Numbered from the stretch's first letter, positions 20,203-29,191 are shown. The stretch is DNA of 64,000 nt from Candidatus Uhrbacteria bacterium (GCA_016929435.1 JAFGIV010000026.1:30097-94096); one strand, 5' to 3'. The notes: generated by a model from the letters alone, not told the origin. Translations and numbers: made by a program.

Positions 20203-21081
20203 TCAAACGATTTCCGTTCCTATGGGTTTAGGATTGAATATGTAATATTTACAAGCATATTTTAGATATTCCCCAAGTTCATCCAGGTCAATATTTCCTT
20301 TTGTGACATCGTCGGGATAAATGCTGATTATTAGTTTGTCGCATACTGTTTTTTGTTGAACGGCAAATATAAAAGTTCTAATTATGTAATGAACGGAGGT
20401 TTTTCGCGTTAAATTAGTGGCCCTACCATGTCCAGTATTTATTAACGGAATAGTGATGACGTCATCTTTTTCGGCGTCATTCGATAAACTTTCCCACAAT
20501 CCACCGAGGGATGACAAAAAATCATTATTATCAGAAGTACTTCTGTTTTGTAGATTTTTATATGAATTTGCCAATAGATAAAATTTCTTATTTTTTTGTT
20601 CAATTTCTACCATTGACCCAATTGGGTATTTTCCATCGTCACCCCGCAGAAGATCTTTTTTTTGATTTATGTCAGTTATGAGGTGTTCAACTTGCGATGA
20701 ATAGTACCGACAAATAAGTTCATTTAGTATGCTTGGGTTTTTCGCTTTTATAATGTTTCCTCCTTGTGACGGATCAAATTCATTATTGATGGGCACAACA
20801 AGAGCACCTTTATTTTTGTGGGCATTACCAACTTTTATTTCAATCCAAACATCTTTCCCGTCTATTTTAGATCTAAACGTTGATGGAGGCCGTCTGACTA
20901 TTAATACAACAATAAATACGAACACTAAAATAATAACGGTCAAATTTGTATTAATGTTTTTATCTATCCAATCGTGACTTAAATAATTTCCAACGTTAAT
21001 AATCAACCAGATCACGCCTATGGCTGCCAGTGAGGAGTGGGAGATTAATGACAATCTTTTTGACCATCTTTTGCAGTTCAT
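20203..21081 (-). CDS. thsA: Thoeris ThsA-like effector (2 TM + macro-like domain)
   Basis: Two N-terminal TMs, then IEIKVG, VVPINNEFD, YPIGS and IPLINTG macro-type motifs; directly downstream of a TIR gene. Confidence 0.78.
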   Translation of the reverse strand: MNCKRWSKRLSLISHSSLAAIGVIWLIINVGNYLSHDWIDKNINTNLTVIILVFVFIVVLIVRRPPSTFRSKIDGKDVWIEIKVGNAHKNKGALVVPINNEFDPSQGGNIIKAKNPSILNELICRYYSSQVEHLITDINQKKDLLRGDDGKYPIGSMVEIEQKNKKFYLLANSYKNLQNRSTSDNNDFLSSLGGLWESLSNDAEKDDVITIPLINTGHGRATNLTRKTSVHYIIRTFIFAVQQKTVCDKLIISIYPDDVTKGNIDLDELGEYLKYACKYYIFNPKPIGTEIV

Positions 21082-21082
21082 A

Positions 21083-21586
21083 CTATAGACCTAAACTGCC
21101 ATATACCTGATTTCCATAATAATAGTCTCCGCTTTTTCCTTCAGCTTTGAGTCTGTAATGTTCGTTCACCCAACTATTTATCGCTCGCCCCAGTATTTTT
21201 TGGTTAAAACTAACATGCATGGTCAACACATCGTTTAAGATGGCCGGGCATCTGTCGACGTCTTTGCTCCGTTTCCCATTCAGATTAACCACTACTATCG
21301 GCAAATTTCTATTTATCGCTTGTTCAATTTCCCATCTAACAAATTTATAAAGATATTTTGTGTTTTCTCCGACAAGCAAAACAAAAAGCTTGGCATTATC
21401 AAATCTTTCCCGCAGCTTCGCTTTTATTGTTTCTTCTTGTGAATCGCCCATCAGTTTATTCAAATCATGGGCGTTATGGAAATCGAATGTCGTATTTTCA
21501 CTTTCCTTCCATGCTTGCATCAACCTGTAATAGTGAATATCATTGTCGGCGTCAAAAGCCACGTATGTCTTATTTGCGTAGGCCAT
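21083..21586 (-). CDS. thsB: Thoeris ThsB-like TIR domain protein
   Basis: KTYVAFD, FDFHNAHD, IK..LRER, VLLVGENT and FVRWEIE (catalytic Glu) motifs. Confidence 0.85.
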   Translation of the reverse strand: MAYANKTYVAFDADNDIHYYRLMQAWKESENTTFDFHNAHDLNKLMGDSQEETIKAKLRERFDNAKLFVLLVGENTKYLYKFVRWEIEQAINRNLPIVVVNLNGKRSKDVDRCPAILNDVLTMHVSFNQKILGRAINSWVNEHYRLKAEGKSGDYYYGNQVYGSLGL

Positions 21587-21643
21587 AGGTATTCTGATGA
21601 GAAATTATTAGCTGATATTCCTGTGCAGAATCTAATCGGCGTT

Positions 21644-23656
21644 TCATAAGTCGTTAATCCGTACCCCAATTTTTTTGGTTTCATCGGTTATAAGTGCGGC
21701 CGTGTTTAGTGCACTGTTTGTTAATCTATCTTTTCTGAGTTTCAGACGGTCATTGATGAAACGATGACGTAATTCAAATTCACTAAAAATCTCGCTCCAT
21801 TTTTTAACGTAAACCTTGTAATTATCGCAATTGAATATAAGACCATTGTGTTTTTCGCCGTGTGGTTTTGCACTCTCCGTTTCTCTTTCGATATATCCTC
21901 TAGAATCAAAAACGGTTCCAATTAGGATAAAGCGCCACATGGACTTTCTGGAATTGAATCTGGGCTCGTTGATTACTACTTCCATGTATCTTTTAATCTG
22001 TGAGACTTCTTTTTCGCCAATTTTTACAGAAGGTTTTTTGAGTTCAATTATAATATTGTCAATAGTATCATCCGTATTATAATTTTGACGACAGAGGAAG
22101 ATGTCCATTTCCTTGTTTTTGTCTGGGTCGTTCATTTTTGAATCGTTGTTATCACTATTGAGCATGTGCTGATAACTCCTAAGGGCAGATTCAAAATCCG
22201 CTTCGGTGGTACATACTAAATTGTACTGTTCTCCGAATAGCCAATAATTGTCGTCTATTATTTTTTGTAGATGATCCCTTTCATTTGCTGATAGAGTTTC
22301 ATTAAAGACGATTTGTTTAAGATATTCCACGGCCGAATAACGATCCGCTACGAGCTTCCCCATTTTGATAATGTTGGAAAGCTCTGTGGCTTCAAGGAGT
22401 TTTTTCAATAGGATTTTATCGTCTCGGTCAAGTTCTAAGACACTGTCTAGAATTGGCAATATCTGCTCTCTTTCATCAGAATCCAGCAACGCATTCAACA
22501 TCCGCATTATTGTCTTTCTTTGACCAGGACTTGCGGCAGTGAACACCTGTGGCTGAATCTTGCAGACGCCCTCAACGACATTTTCTAGATGCTCTTCTCT
22601 TAGCTGGTCCCATGGTGAATCTGAAAAAGTCGGAAATGTACCCTCATCCTTAAGTTTCTTGACGACTTCTGTGGCGTGCTCTACAAGAAACGGTTTTCGT
22701 TTTTTCCGAAGATATTTTCTCATTTCGGACATTAGAAACTTGTATTCGTCATCGTTTCTTGAATGTCCGATAAGTGAGTCTTGGCCTTCAGGCTGGTCGG
22801 GATTGTAACGGAAGTCGTTAAAAAAATCACTTTGTACGTAAATGCTGTGATAGAAACCGTCACCTTTCTTATTTAATTTTGTAGTGTCTTTCCAAACCTC
22901 TTTCGAATGGCTGTTGAGTAGATAATATCTTGAATACTCATTTTGCAACTGTAATGACCACTGTATGTAATTGACTTTGAACCTGGTGCCTGATTCAGCA
23001 TGAACAAAATCAATACAATCCCTATCATTAATTACTTCATCGTATTTGAGCGCCTCGCCGTTAATATAGATTTTGAAATCCTTTGATTTGTAGAGTTCCA
23101 AGAACCAGCCGAACTCTTGCTTTAGGTATCTCTCTGTCTCTTCCGGAGAGAAATTAAAAATTGAATCAAACGTTACCGTGGTGCCTTTGGGCGCAGTCGT
23201 CTTTTTGGACTTTGTCTTCCCGCCCAAGTATTGGTTAGTTTTGTCATCCTCAATTTCTATTTCATATTCATAAACACCGTCCTGCTTTTCATATCTAGTT
23301 AGCCAGCGTGCTTTAGCAGAAAACGAAACAAAGGACAGTCTGCCTATGCCATTTTTACCATGAGTCAACGTTTTGTGCTGATCATCCCTGTTCTTTTTCT
23401 CAGATTCGTAAAACGGTTTAAATTTATGAGAAAGCTCTTCTTGGGGAATGCCGTTACCATTATCTGATATCATGATTCTACTTATATTTCCGATAATATT
23501 TACCCCCTCATAATTTATGTGGACTTCTGAGGCATTGGCGTCAAATCCATTCCAAATGTATTCCGCGATCGCTTGATACGGTTTAAATTTACCGACGATC
23601 TCCTTTACGCCCTTATCGCCAATCTCAATTGTCTCAAAATCTGCTGATAATGGCAT
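21644..23656 (-). CDS. GHKL (MORC/HATPase_c_3-like) ATPase with a C-terminal PD-(D/E)XK nuclease domain
   Basis: AIAEYIWNGFDA, SDNGNGI, GKNGIGR and GTTV motifs; C-terminal DIFL...IELKKP...QIKRY; ATG 4 nt after the mod stop. Confidence 0.82.
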   Translation of the reverse strand: MPLSADFETIEIGDKGVKEIVGKFKPYQAIAEYIWNGFDANASEVHINYEGVNIIGNISRIMISDNGNGIPQEELSHKFKPFYESEKKNRDDQHKTLTHGKNGIGRLSFVSFSAKARWLTRYEKQDGVYEYEIEIEDDKTNQYLGGKTKSKKTTAPKGTTVTFDSIFNFSPEETERYLKQEFGWFLELYKSKDFKIYINGEALKYDEVINDRDCIDFVHAESGTRFKVNYIQWSLQLQNEYSRYYLLNSHSKEVWKDTTKLNKKGDGFYHSIYVQSDFFNDFRYNPDQPEGQDSLIGHSRNDDEYKFLMSEMRKYLRKKRKPFLVEHATEVVKKLKDEGTFPTFSDSPWDQLREEHLENVVEGVCKIQPQVFTAASPGQRKTIMRMLNALLDSDEREQILPILDSVLELDRDDKILLKKLLEATELSNIIKMGKLVADRYSAVEYLKQIVFNETLSANERDHLQKIIDDNYWLFGEQYNLVCTTEADFESALRSYQHMLNSDNNDSKMNDPDKNKEMDIFLCRQNYNTDDTIDNIIIELKKPSVKIGEKEVSQIKRYMEVVINEPRFNSRKSMWRFILIGTVFDSRGYIERETESAKPHGEKHNGLIFNCDNYKVYVKKWSEIFSEFELRHRFINDRLKLRKDRLTNSALNTAALITDETKKIGVRINDL

Positions 23657-23660
23657 ATCC

Positions 23661-25556
23661 CTACACGCACTCCACCCCCACCCCAACCGATTCCGCCTGG
23701 AGTAGGGCATTGGTCTTTAGCTGGTCATCGCCGCCGAAGGCGGTGTCCAGGCAGATGATCTTTTCCGGCTTGGCGGCTAGGATCTCGTCGAACATCTTCT
23801 TGGTAATCTTATCCGCCAAGCAGACGGCCAGCTTGCCGCCGTCAACGGAATAGTAGTCGATCCTGTCGGCCTTTTTCCTCTCGATCGGCACGTTCAGGTC
23901 CAGGCCGGATTTCAGGATCAGCTCGTAGAGGACATTCTCCTGGGTTGCGCCCTTCTCAAGGTTGTCCCTGAATATCTCCATCTGTTCCAGCAGTTCCTCC
24001 TCCGTCCGGATATCCTGGTTCCAGATCTTGAAGTTGCTTTTCTCCAGCCGGAAAGCCTTAAACCCGATATCCAGCCTCTTCCCGGTCTCCTTATCCGCCA
24101 GCTCACTGACCACCTTCTTCCCGGCCCGCCGAATCCGCTCCTTGGTGATGTCGGCTATCGTCCTGAACCCGGCCTTATGGGCCTCACTGCTCTCGTCCGT
24201 CTCTTCCGGCAGCTGAATGGAGATGCACTTGCGGTTCCCGCCGTCCTCGGCGTTCAGGGCTATGACGGCATGGGCGGTCGTGCCCGATCCGGCGAAGAAG
24301 TCGAGAATCGTATCGTCTTGTTTGCAAGCCAGCTGAATCGCTTTTTTGATAATGCCAGTTGGTTTAGGATTATCAAAAATTCCTTTTCCCACAATGTCCG
24401 CCAATTCTTCGTTGGAAGCATGGGTGTGTCCGACCTCATCAAAACTCCAAACATCTCCAGCGACACGCTCGTCTGGGAGTTCGGCCAAATAAGTTTTTAC
24501 AGATGGGGTTGTTTTCAAGTCTTTTCCAAACCAAAGTCTATTTTCTTCTTCCAGCCTCTTTAGCGTATTTTGACTATAGCGGGGAAATCTCCCCTGGGGT
24601 GCTTTCCAAGTAACTCCATTTTTGAATCTAAAAACATAGCTCTGACCATGACCACTTTTTGCGTGCAGTGGGGTTGCTTTCCATGGACCACGAGTATCAT
24701 CGTCTGGGTTTGTATATCTGTCATTCATTTCTGCGGTTCTTGGTAATCTCAAATCACGAAGATCATCCTTATTTTTGGCAAACAACAAAACATACTCATG
24801 TTGTTTAGATAAATACTTAGTATCATTCGCTACCGTATATTTACTATGCCAGACTATTTCCGTCACAAAATTATTTTCTCCAAACACTTCATTCATCGCC
24901 ATCCTCAAATTGTGAACCTCATGATCATCGATACTCACGAAAATAACCCCATCCTGCCGCAGAAGGTTCCGGGCCAGGAAGAGGCGGGGATAGATCATGT
25001 TCAGCCAGTCGGAATGGTAATGCCCGCGATCGGCGGTGTTGCGGAACAGGCCGTCGGAGCGGCGATTGCCCTCCTCGTCCCTGATTCCGGCTTCCTTCTC
25101 ATATTCGGCCTTGTCCTGCCGGAAACTGTCGTTGTAGATGAAATCGTTCCCGGTGTTGTAGGGCGGATCGATGTAGATCATCTTCACCTTCCCGTAGTAG
25201 GACTTCTGCATGACCTTCAGGGCCTCCAGGTTGTCCCCCTCGATGAAGACGTTCCCGGTCTTGTCGAAATCGACCGATTCCTTCCGGTTCGGCTTGAGGG
25301 TGGCGGCGGTGGAGGACTGGATGGCCCGGAAGCAGCCGGTCTTGCCGTGCCAACTCAGGCCGTATCGCTCCGGTCCGGTTTCGGCCAAATCGCCCAGAGT
25401 CTTCTTCAGGCGGTCGCAATCCACCTGACCTTCGGTGAAAATTTCCGGGAATCGGGACTTGAGGGTTCCCAAAAGGTCGGCTTGGGGGTTCAGGGACCGG
25501 CTATCGATCTTTTTGATATTCTTGGCTTTCTTAAGCGGTTTTCTGGCGATGGTCAT
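23661..25556 (-). CDS. mod: Type III R-M Mod subunit (N6-adenine DNA methyltransferase)
   Basis: IEGDNLEALK, YIDPPYNTG, HSDWLNMIYPRL and LDFFAGSGTT motifs. Confidence 0.96.
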   Translation of the reverse strand: MTIARKPLKKAKNIKKIDSRSLNPQADLLGTLKSRFPEIFTEGQVDCDRLKKTLGDLAETGPERYGLSWHGKTGCFRAIQSSTAATLKPNRKESVDFDKTGNVFIEGDNLEALKVMQKSYYGKVKMIYIDPPYNTGNDFIYNDSFRQDKAEYEKEAGIRDEEGNRRSDGLFRNTADRGHYHSDWLNMIYPRLFLARNLLRQDGVIFVSIDDHEVHNLRMAMNEVFGENNFVTEIVWHSKYTVANDTKYLSKQHEYVLLFAKNKDDLRDLRLPRTAEMNDRYTNPDDDTRGPWKATPLHAKSGHGQSYVFRFKNGVTWKAPQGRFPRYSQNTLKRLEEENRLWFGKDLKTTPSVKTYLAELPDERVAGDVWSFDEVGHTHASNEELADIVGKGIFDNPKPTGIIKKAIQLACKQDDTILDFFAGSGTTAHAVIALNAEDGGNRKCISIQLPEETDESSEAHKAGFRTIADITKERIRRAGKKVVSELADKETGKRLDIGFKAFRLEKSNFKIWNQDIRTEEELLEQMEIFRDNLEKGATQENVLYELILKSGLDLNVPIERKKADRIDYYSVDGGKLAVCLADKITKKMFDEILAAKPEKIICLDTAFGGDDQLKTNALLQAESVGVGVECV

Positions 25557-25704
25557 AGGTGAGGCGGTTTTTAGGAGGGTGGGGGATTGGCAGATAATTT
25601 TACGATGCCTGTATTCTATCGATTTTTAGGCGCAAAAACAAGGGTGAAATTTGAGGAAAAATAGGGTGGATTGTTTACGGAAAATGGGGTAAGATTTTGA
25701 TGTT

Positions 25705-26082
25705 ATGACCTCAAAAACACCGAAACAACTGATGGCACTTCTCAAAGATAAACATTTCCTCCTTTTTGCGCTGGCAATGTTATTTATGATTTTACCCGGC
25801 ATTCCTGCATTTTATTTGTTCCACCGGGAGGAGTTTATGACGATAGATTGGATAAAATTGAGTCTCTTGTCTGCGGCACTTGAGTTACCTATGGTATTTT
25901 TGGGAATATTTATAATGCCGATTTTTTTTGACAACCAGACCGAAAAATCCAAAAAAGACGATTTCTTCTTTGAAGTCGCCTTTTCTGCCTTAAAGAATTT
26001 TTCGGCTTCAAAGAAATTTACTGTTTTGCCACCATCTGCATGGCAGCCATGGCGGTTTTCGCCGCCATCAAATCGTCTATAA
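25705..26082 (+). CDS. Hypothetical membrane protein (possibly truncated or frameshifted)
   Basis: Two hydrophobic segments; AT-rich. Confidence 0.45.
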   Translation: MTSKTPKQLMALLKDKHFLLFALAMLFMILPGIPAFYLFHREEFMTIDWIKLSLLSAALELPMVFLGIFIMPIFFDNQTEKSKKDDFFFEVAFSALKNFSASKKFTVLPPSAWQPWRFSPPSNRL

Positions 26083-26153
26083 ATAAAAAAAATAGAATAA
26101 GCCCCATCCCTAATTCCAAACTTTGGAATCAAGAAACGAAGAGTGCCTAATTT

Positions 26154-26843
26154 ATGTCCTCCTTCAAATCCGTTGCCGTCCGTGTCTTGAAAAGGGCGGG
26201 GAAACCGCTGCACAGCAAGAAAATTACCGAGATTGCCCTCGGGAACGGCTGGCTGAAATCGAGCGGCGCTACGCCGTGGGCCACGATGAACGCCCTCCTG
26301 GTTACCGACGTGAATGCCCGAAAGGACAAATCGCCGTTTACCAAAATCGGACCGTCGATTTTCGGACTTAACGCCGAGTTTGTTACCGAGAAACCCGCCA
26401 AAAAATCGGCCTCGGCTCCGATGGACGAGGAATTCGTCAAGCACTCGATCATCAAGTACATCTCCTGCAAGGGGTGGGGCTCGTTCCAGTATGGCGGGTT
26501 GCACGAACACGGTGTCGATATCCGGGCCAAGCAGCAGCGGTATTCCCGATACCTGAACATCGAGACGAAGGGGACATCGGGAAAGGGCTCGGCCAACGAG
26601 ACGGGTTTCGTCTATGGTTTGGGTCAGATTGTCACCCGGATCAGGGACACCGGCAAGACCCGAAACTACTACGGTATCGGCCTGCCGGAATCCTCCGCCC
26701 GAATCGCCCGGCGCCGTTTGCCGTGGCAGGTGGCCAAGAAGCTGCTCCTGTTCGTCTATTCCGTTTCTGCCGACGGCGCGGTGGAGGAGTATTCGTGGAA
26801 AGAATTGAGGAACTCACAGAAGGAGAAAAAGTCCATCTTTTGA
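26154..26843 (+). CDS. HARE-HTH domain + PD-(D/E)XK endonuclease
   Basis: A..VL..AGKPLH...I...AL..G....SGATPWATM (HARE-HTH); GVDI...IETKG...GQ nuclease motif. Confidence 0.8.
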   Translation: MSSFKSVAVRVLKRAGKPLHSKKITEIALGNGWLKSSGATPWATMNALLVTDVNARKDKSPFTKIGPSIFGLNAEFVTEKPAKKSASAPMDEEFVKHSIIKYISCKGWGSFQYGGLHEHGVDIRAKQQRYSRYLNIETKGTSGKGSANETGFVYGLGQIVTRIRDTGKTRNYYGIGLPESSARIARRRLPWQVAKKLLLFVYSVSADGAVEEYSWKELRNSQKEKKSIF

Positions 26844-26883
26844 AAATAGAACAAAAAAAAACGCCACCTCACTAAACCGACAA

Positions 26884-26913
26884 AAAAACCACCCGACAGC
26901 GCGGGTGGTTTTT
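26884..26913. terminator. Bidirectional intrinsic terminator
   Basis: AAAAACCACCCG-acagcg-CGGGTGGTTTTT. Confidence 0.8.
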
Positions 26914-26932
26914 GAAAGACCTCCTTTCCACT

Positions 26933-27271
26933 CTACTTATTCAGTTTCAGTAGAGCTTCGCCAAAATAACTTCCGGTATCCCGGGCCTCTTCCCAAGACA
27001 CGTATTTTGTGCGGCCGGTAATACGGATCTTATCCGTCGCTACCCGATACGCCCAGTTTCCGGCCGAAATCTCTTTGGTGAATACCTGAATTTCCTTGTC
27101 GCCAAGGCTCAATTCAAACTCCCACCCCTCGTCTTGAGCCAGTATGACTCCGCGCTCACGGGCCGTCGGCTCGTCGGGCATGTCGTCAAGGATGGTGGTT
27201 ACGATTCCGTCATCCACCACCACCCTCCAGAGTCCGTTTTCCTGTCTGCTTGTGGAAATCAAAGGTTTCAC
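26933..27271 (-). CDS. Hypothetical protein with two internal repeats
   Basis: GTG start preceded by GGAGGGG; two similar units (GLWRVVV..ARERG / GNWAYRV..ARDTG). Confidence 0.55.
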   Translation of the reverse strand: MKPLISTSRQENGLWRVVVDDGIVTTILDDMPDEPTARERGVILAQDEGWEFELSLGDKEIQVFTKEISAGNWAYRVATDKIRITGRTKYVSWEEARDTGSYFGEALLKLNK

Positions 27272-27654
27272 GGGTTCAACCCCTCCATCTCTCCTCCTTT
27301 TGGGTTTTGATTGGAAAAGTCCAATTACCACCTTTTTACCATGTTTTATAAGGACGGTCAAGAATTGACATTGAAATTTTGGCTAAAATGAGCTAAAATA
27401 TTGACTTTAATTGCTATATCACACGTGGGGAACAGGAATAAGAATATTGGGGGGTGTTTCAACCACGCAAAACCGTTATGGGGACTCGTAAGGGACCAAA
27501 AGTCACGGATCACATGATTTAAGCCGGTCGGATAAAACTGTGGTGGCCACAATCTGAAACTACGGGATTCTATAAGTGATGGCCAGGACAACCATCCCGA
27601 GCGATATACCCAACTGACCCCAAAACCCCCGCTTAAGGCCGACAGGCTTATTAA

Positions 27655-27682
27655 GTGTCGTCTAAGGTGTAATGTGCGACGC
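27655..27682 (+). repeat. attL-like dif-type hybrid site
   Basis: GTGTCGTCTAA-GGTGTA-ATGTGCGACGC; the core GGTGTAATGTGCGAC (27666-27680) is repeated at 33849-33863. Confidence 0.75.
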
Positions 27683-27778
27683 ATGAGACACGTACGGTAA
27701 GGTTCCCCTCCCGTTCCGGCCTCCGGCCGGCGGGAAGATAAATTTTTAACCGCCGGGCGCCAGCCCGGAACAAGGGAT

Positions 27779-28027
27779 ATGGGATGTGCGGAAATCAAGA
27801 TATGGAGCTCGAGGGTTCGGGCCTTCCCCCTAGGGCAAAAGGTCTTCGTCAAGGGGTCGTCCTATACCGGCGAGCCGGTCGAGGTGGTCAGCAATCCGTT
27901 CCGGCTATCCGGGGACGACAGGATGAGGGCGTTTGTCCTCATTTCCAACCCGGAGGGCTATTCCGCCGTTGCCGTCCCCTGCTCCGGGCTGGAGCCGGTG
28001 GACTGGATCCCTTCCGGATCCTTATGA
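27779..28027 (+). CDS. Prophage hypothetical protein (beta-rich, SH3/KOW-like pattern)
   Basis: 82 aa; first gene of a tightly packed co-oriented series. Confidence 0.55.
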   Translation: MGCAEIKIWSSRVRAFPLGQKVFVKGSSYTGEPVEVVSNPFRLSGDDRMRAFVLISNPEGYSAVAVPCSGLEPVDWIPSGSL

Positions 28028-28028
28028 T

Positions 28029-28199
28029 ATGGCCGAACCGCTAAAGATATCCGAACCGTCCCCGATCACCGCCTCCACGCTATCGCTCCTCGTCCGAAGG
28101 CTCTCGGCGGCCGTGTCGGATAAGCACGGAATCTTTGAGGTGGATATCGATTCGGGAAACGGACAGTGGAAAATAATCTTTCAGAGGATAATCAAGTGA
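28029..28199 (+). CDS. Prophage hypothetical protein, 56 aa
   Basis: MAEPLKISEPSP...WKIIFQRIIK; starts 1 nt after the previous stop. Confidence 0.55.
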   Translation: MAEPLKISEPSPITASTLSLLVRRLSAAVSDKHGIFEVDIDSGNGQWKIIFQRIIK

Positions 28200-28204
28200 A
28201 ACGT

Positions 28205-28444
28205 ATGGACATATCAGGCTATCAGATCCCCAACCTGAACAACGCTCCCCTTTCGGAGACGGCGGCCTTGGCGCGTGAGATAGCGTGCGCCTTCGGCGAG
28301 CCCCATAGGGTCGGGATGTACGTCGCCGCCGTCCGGCGGATGGGCGGGCCGGCCGAGGCGAGACGGCACTACCGGGAGATCTGCGCCGACGGGGCGAGGG
28401 ACTGCGCCAAAGTTTTCATGTGGCGGTCGAGGAAAAACAGATGA
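28205..28444 (+). CDS. Prophage hypothetical helical protein, 79 aa
   Basis: LAREIACAFGE...GMY...REI...KVFMW; ATGA overlap with the next gene. Confidence 0.6.
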   Translation: MDISGYQIPNLNNAPLSETAALAREIACAFGEPHRVGMYVAAVRRMGGPAEARRHYREICADGARDCAKVFMWRSRKNR

Positions 28445-28569
28445 ATATGGAATGGACACCGCAACTCACGGAGTTCACCAAAGCAGACCTGTTGGCGGCC
28501 TTGATCTGGCTGTCGGGCTTCGTCATGTATGCCCTGATAGGCCTTTGGCCCGGACACGAATCTAGATAA
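28441..28569 (+). CDS. Small single-TM protein (pVII/pIX-like minor coat candidate), 42 aa
   Basis: MNMEWTPQLTEFTKADLLAALIWLSGFVMYALIGLWPGHESR; read manually. Confidence 0.65.
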   Translation: MNMEWTPQLTEFTKADLLAALIWLSGFVMYALIGLWPGHESR

Positions 28570-28573
28570 GCGT

Positions 28574-28675
28574 ATGTTCGACTCCGGAATGGTGATCATG
28601 GCGATCGGAATAAAGATAGCCGGGATATGGTGGTCGTTTCAGGTGATTTGGGCCCTGGTTCGGGGCGCCTTCTGA
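28574..28675 (+). CDS. Small single-TM protein (pVII/pIX-like candidate), 33 aa
   Basis: MFDSGMVIMAIGIKIAGIWWSFQVIWALVRGAF; read manually. Confidence 0.6.
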   Translation: MFDSGMVIMAIGIKIAGIWWSFQVIWALVRGAF

Positions 28676-28676
28676 T

Positions 28677-28991
28677 ATGGTCTTCCTCCTCCTGGTCGCC
28701 GCCGGGGTCGCGCTGCTGTCCTTCGCGATAGGGCTGTTTCCCTGCGGGGTGGTCGATACGGCCGCGGGCTGCGAAACCGCCTTCCTCCCGCTGCCCGACG
28801 CGATATTGGAGGGGCTGGAATCGGTCGCCGGTACCGTGAAATGGCTGGTTTCGCTCTCCGGACAGGGCATATCCGGGGCCCTAATCGGGGCGATATCGGC
28901 TTCCGTGACGCTGGCGACCGTCCTGCTCATCTGGAAGGCCCTTTCGAGGGCCGATAAAAACATCCCGATAATCCGAAGATGGATCAAATGA
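28677..28991 (+). CDS. pVI-like minor coat membrane protein
   Basis: 104 aa, hydrophobic, ends in a basic ...KNIPIIRRWIK tail. Confidence 0.6.
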   Translation: MVFLLLVAAGVALLSFAIGLFPCGVVDTAAGCETAFLPLPDAILEGLESVAGTVKWLVSLSGQGISGALIGAISASVTLATVLLIWKALSRADKNIPIIRRWIK

Positions 28992-28997
28992 AAGCCT

Positions 28998-29123
28998 ATG
29001 ACGACATTGGAGATAATAGAGCTGTGCCCCGCATGGTGGGCCGTATGCGCCGTGATGGGGTTGCTCCTAAGGATGGTCTGCGGCGGCGGCCGGTGGCTAT
29101 GTAGGCTGTCGCACCGCAGATAG
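28998..29123 (+). CDS. Small hydrophobic Cys-containing protein, 41 aa
   Basis: MTTLEIIELCPAWWAVCAVMGLLLRMVCGGGRWLCRLSHRR; read manually. Confidence 0.5.
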   Translation: MTTLEIIELCPAWWAVCAVMGLLLRMVCGGGRWLCRLSHRR

Positions 29124-29126
29124 GGA

Positions 29127-29191
29127 CCTCCCGCGGGAGGCCCCCCGTCCCGCGCCCCCTTCGGGCGCAAGCCCGGAGGCGCGGGACGGGG
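29127..29191. other. GC-rich palindrome plus long hairpin (candidate packaging signal, origin or mRNA leader)
   Basis: Perfect palindrome CCTCCCGCGGGAGG; 14-bp stem 29143-29156/29178-29191 enclosing CGGGC-GCAA-GCCCG. Confidence 0.6.

Noticed and set aside
23670-23692. Inverted similarity between the mod 3' end and the G-rich tract at ~17317-17340
   Set aside because: Short, gapped and low-complexity; probably chance
23661-25556. Phase-variable mod (phasevarion)
   Set aside because: No simple-sequence repeat tract seen in or upstream of the gene
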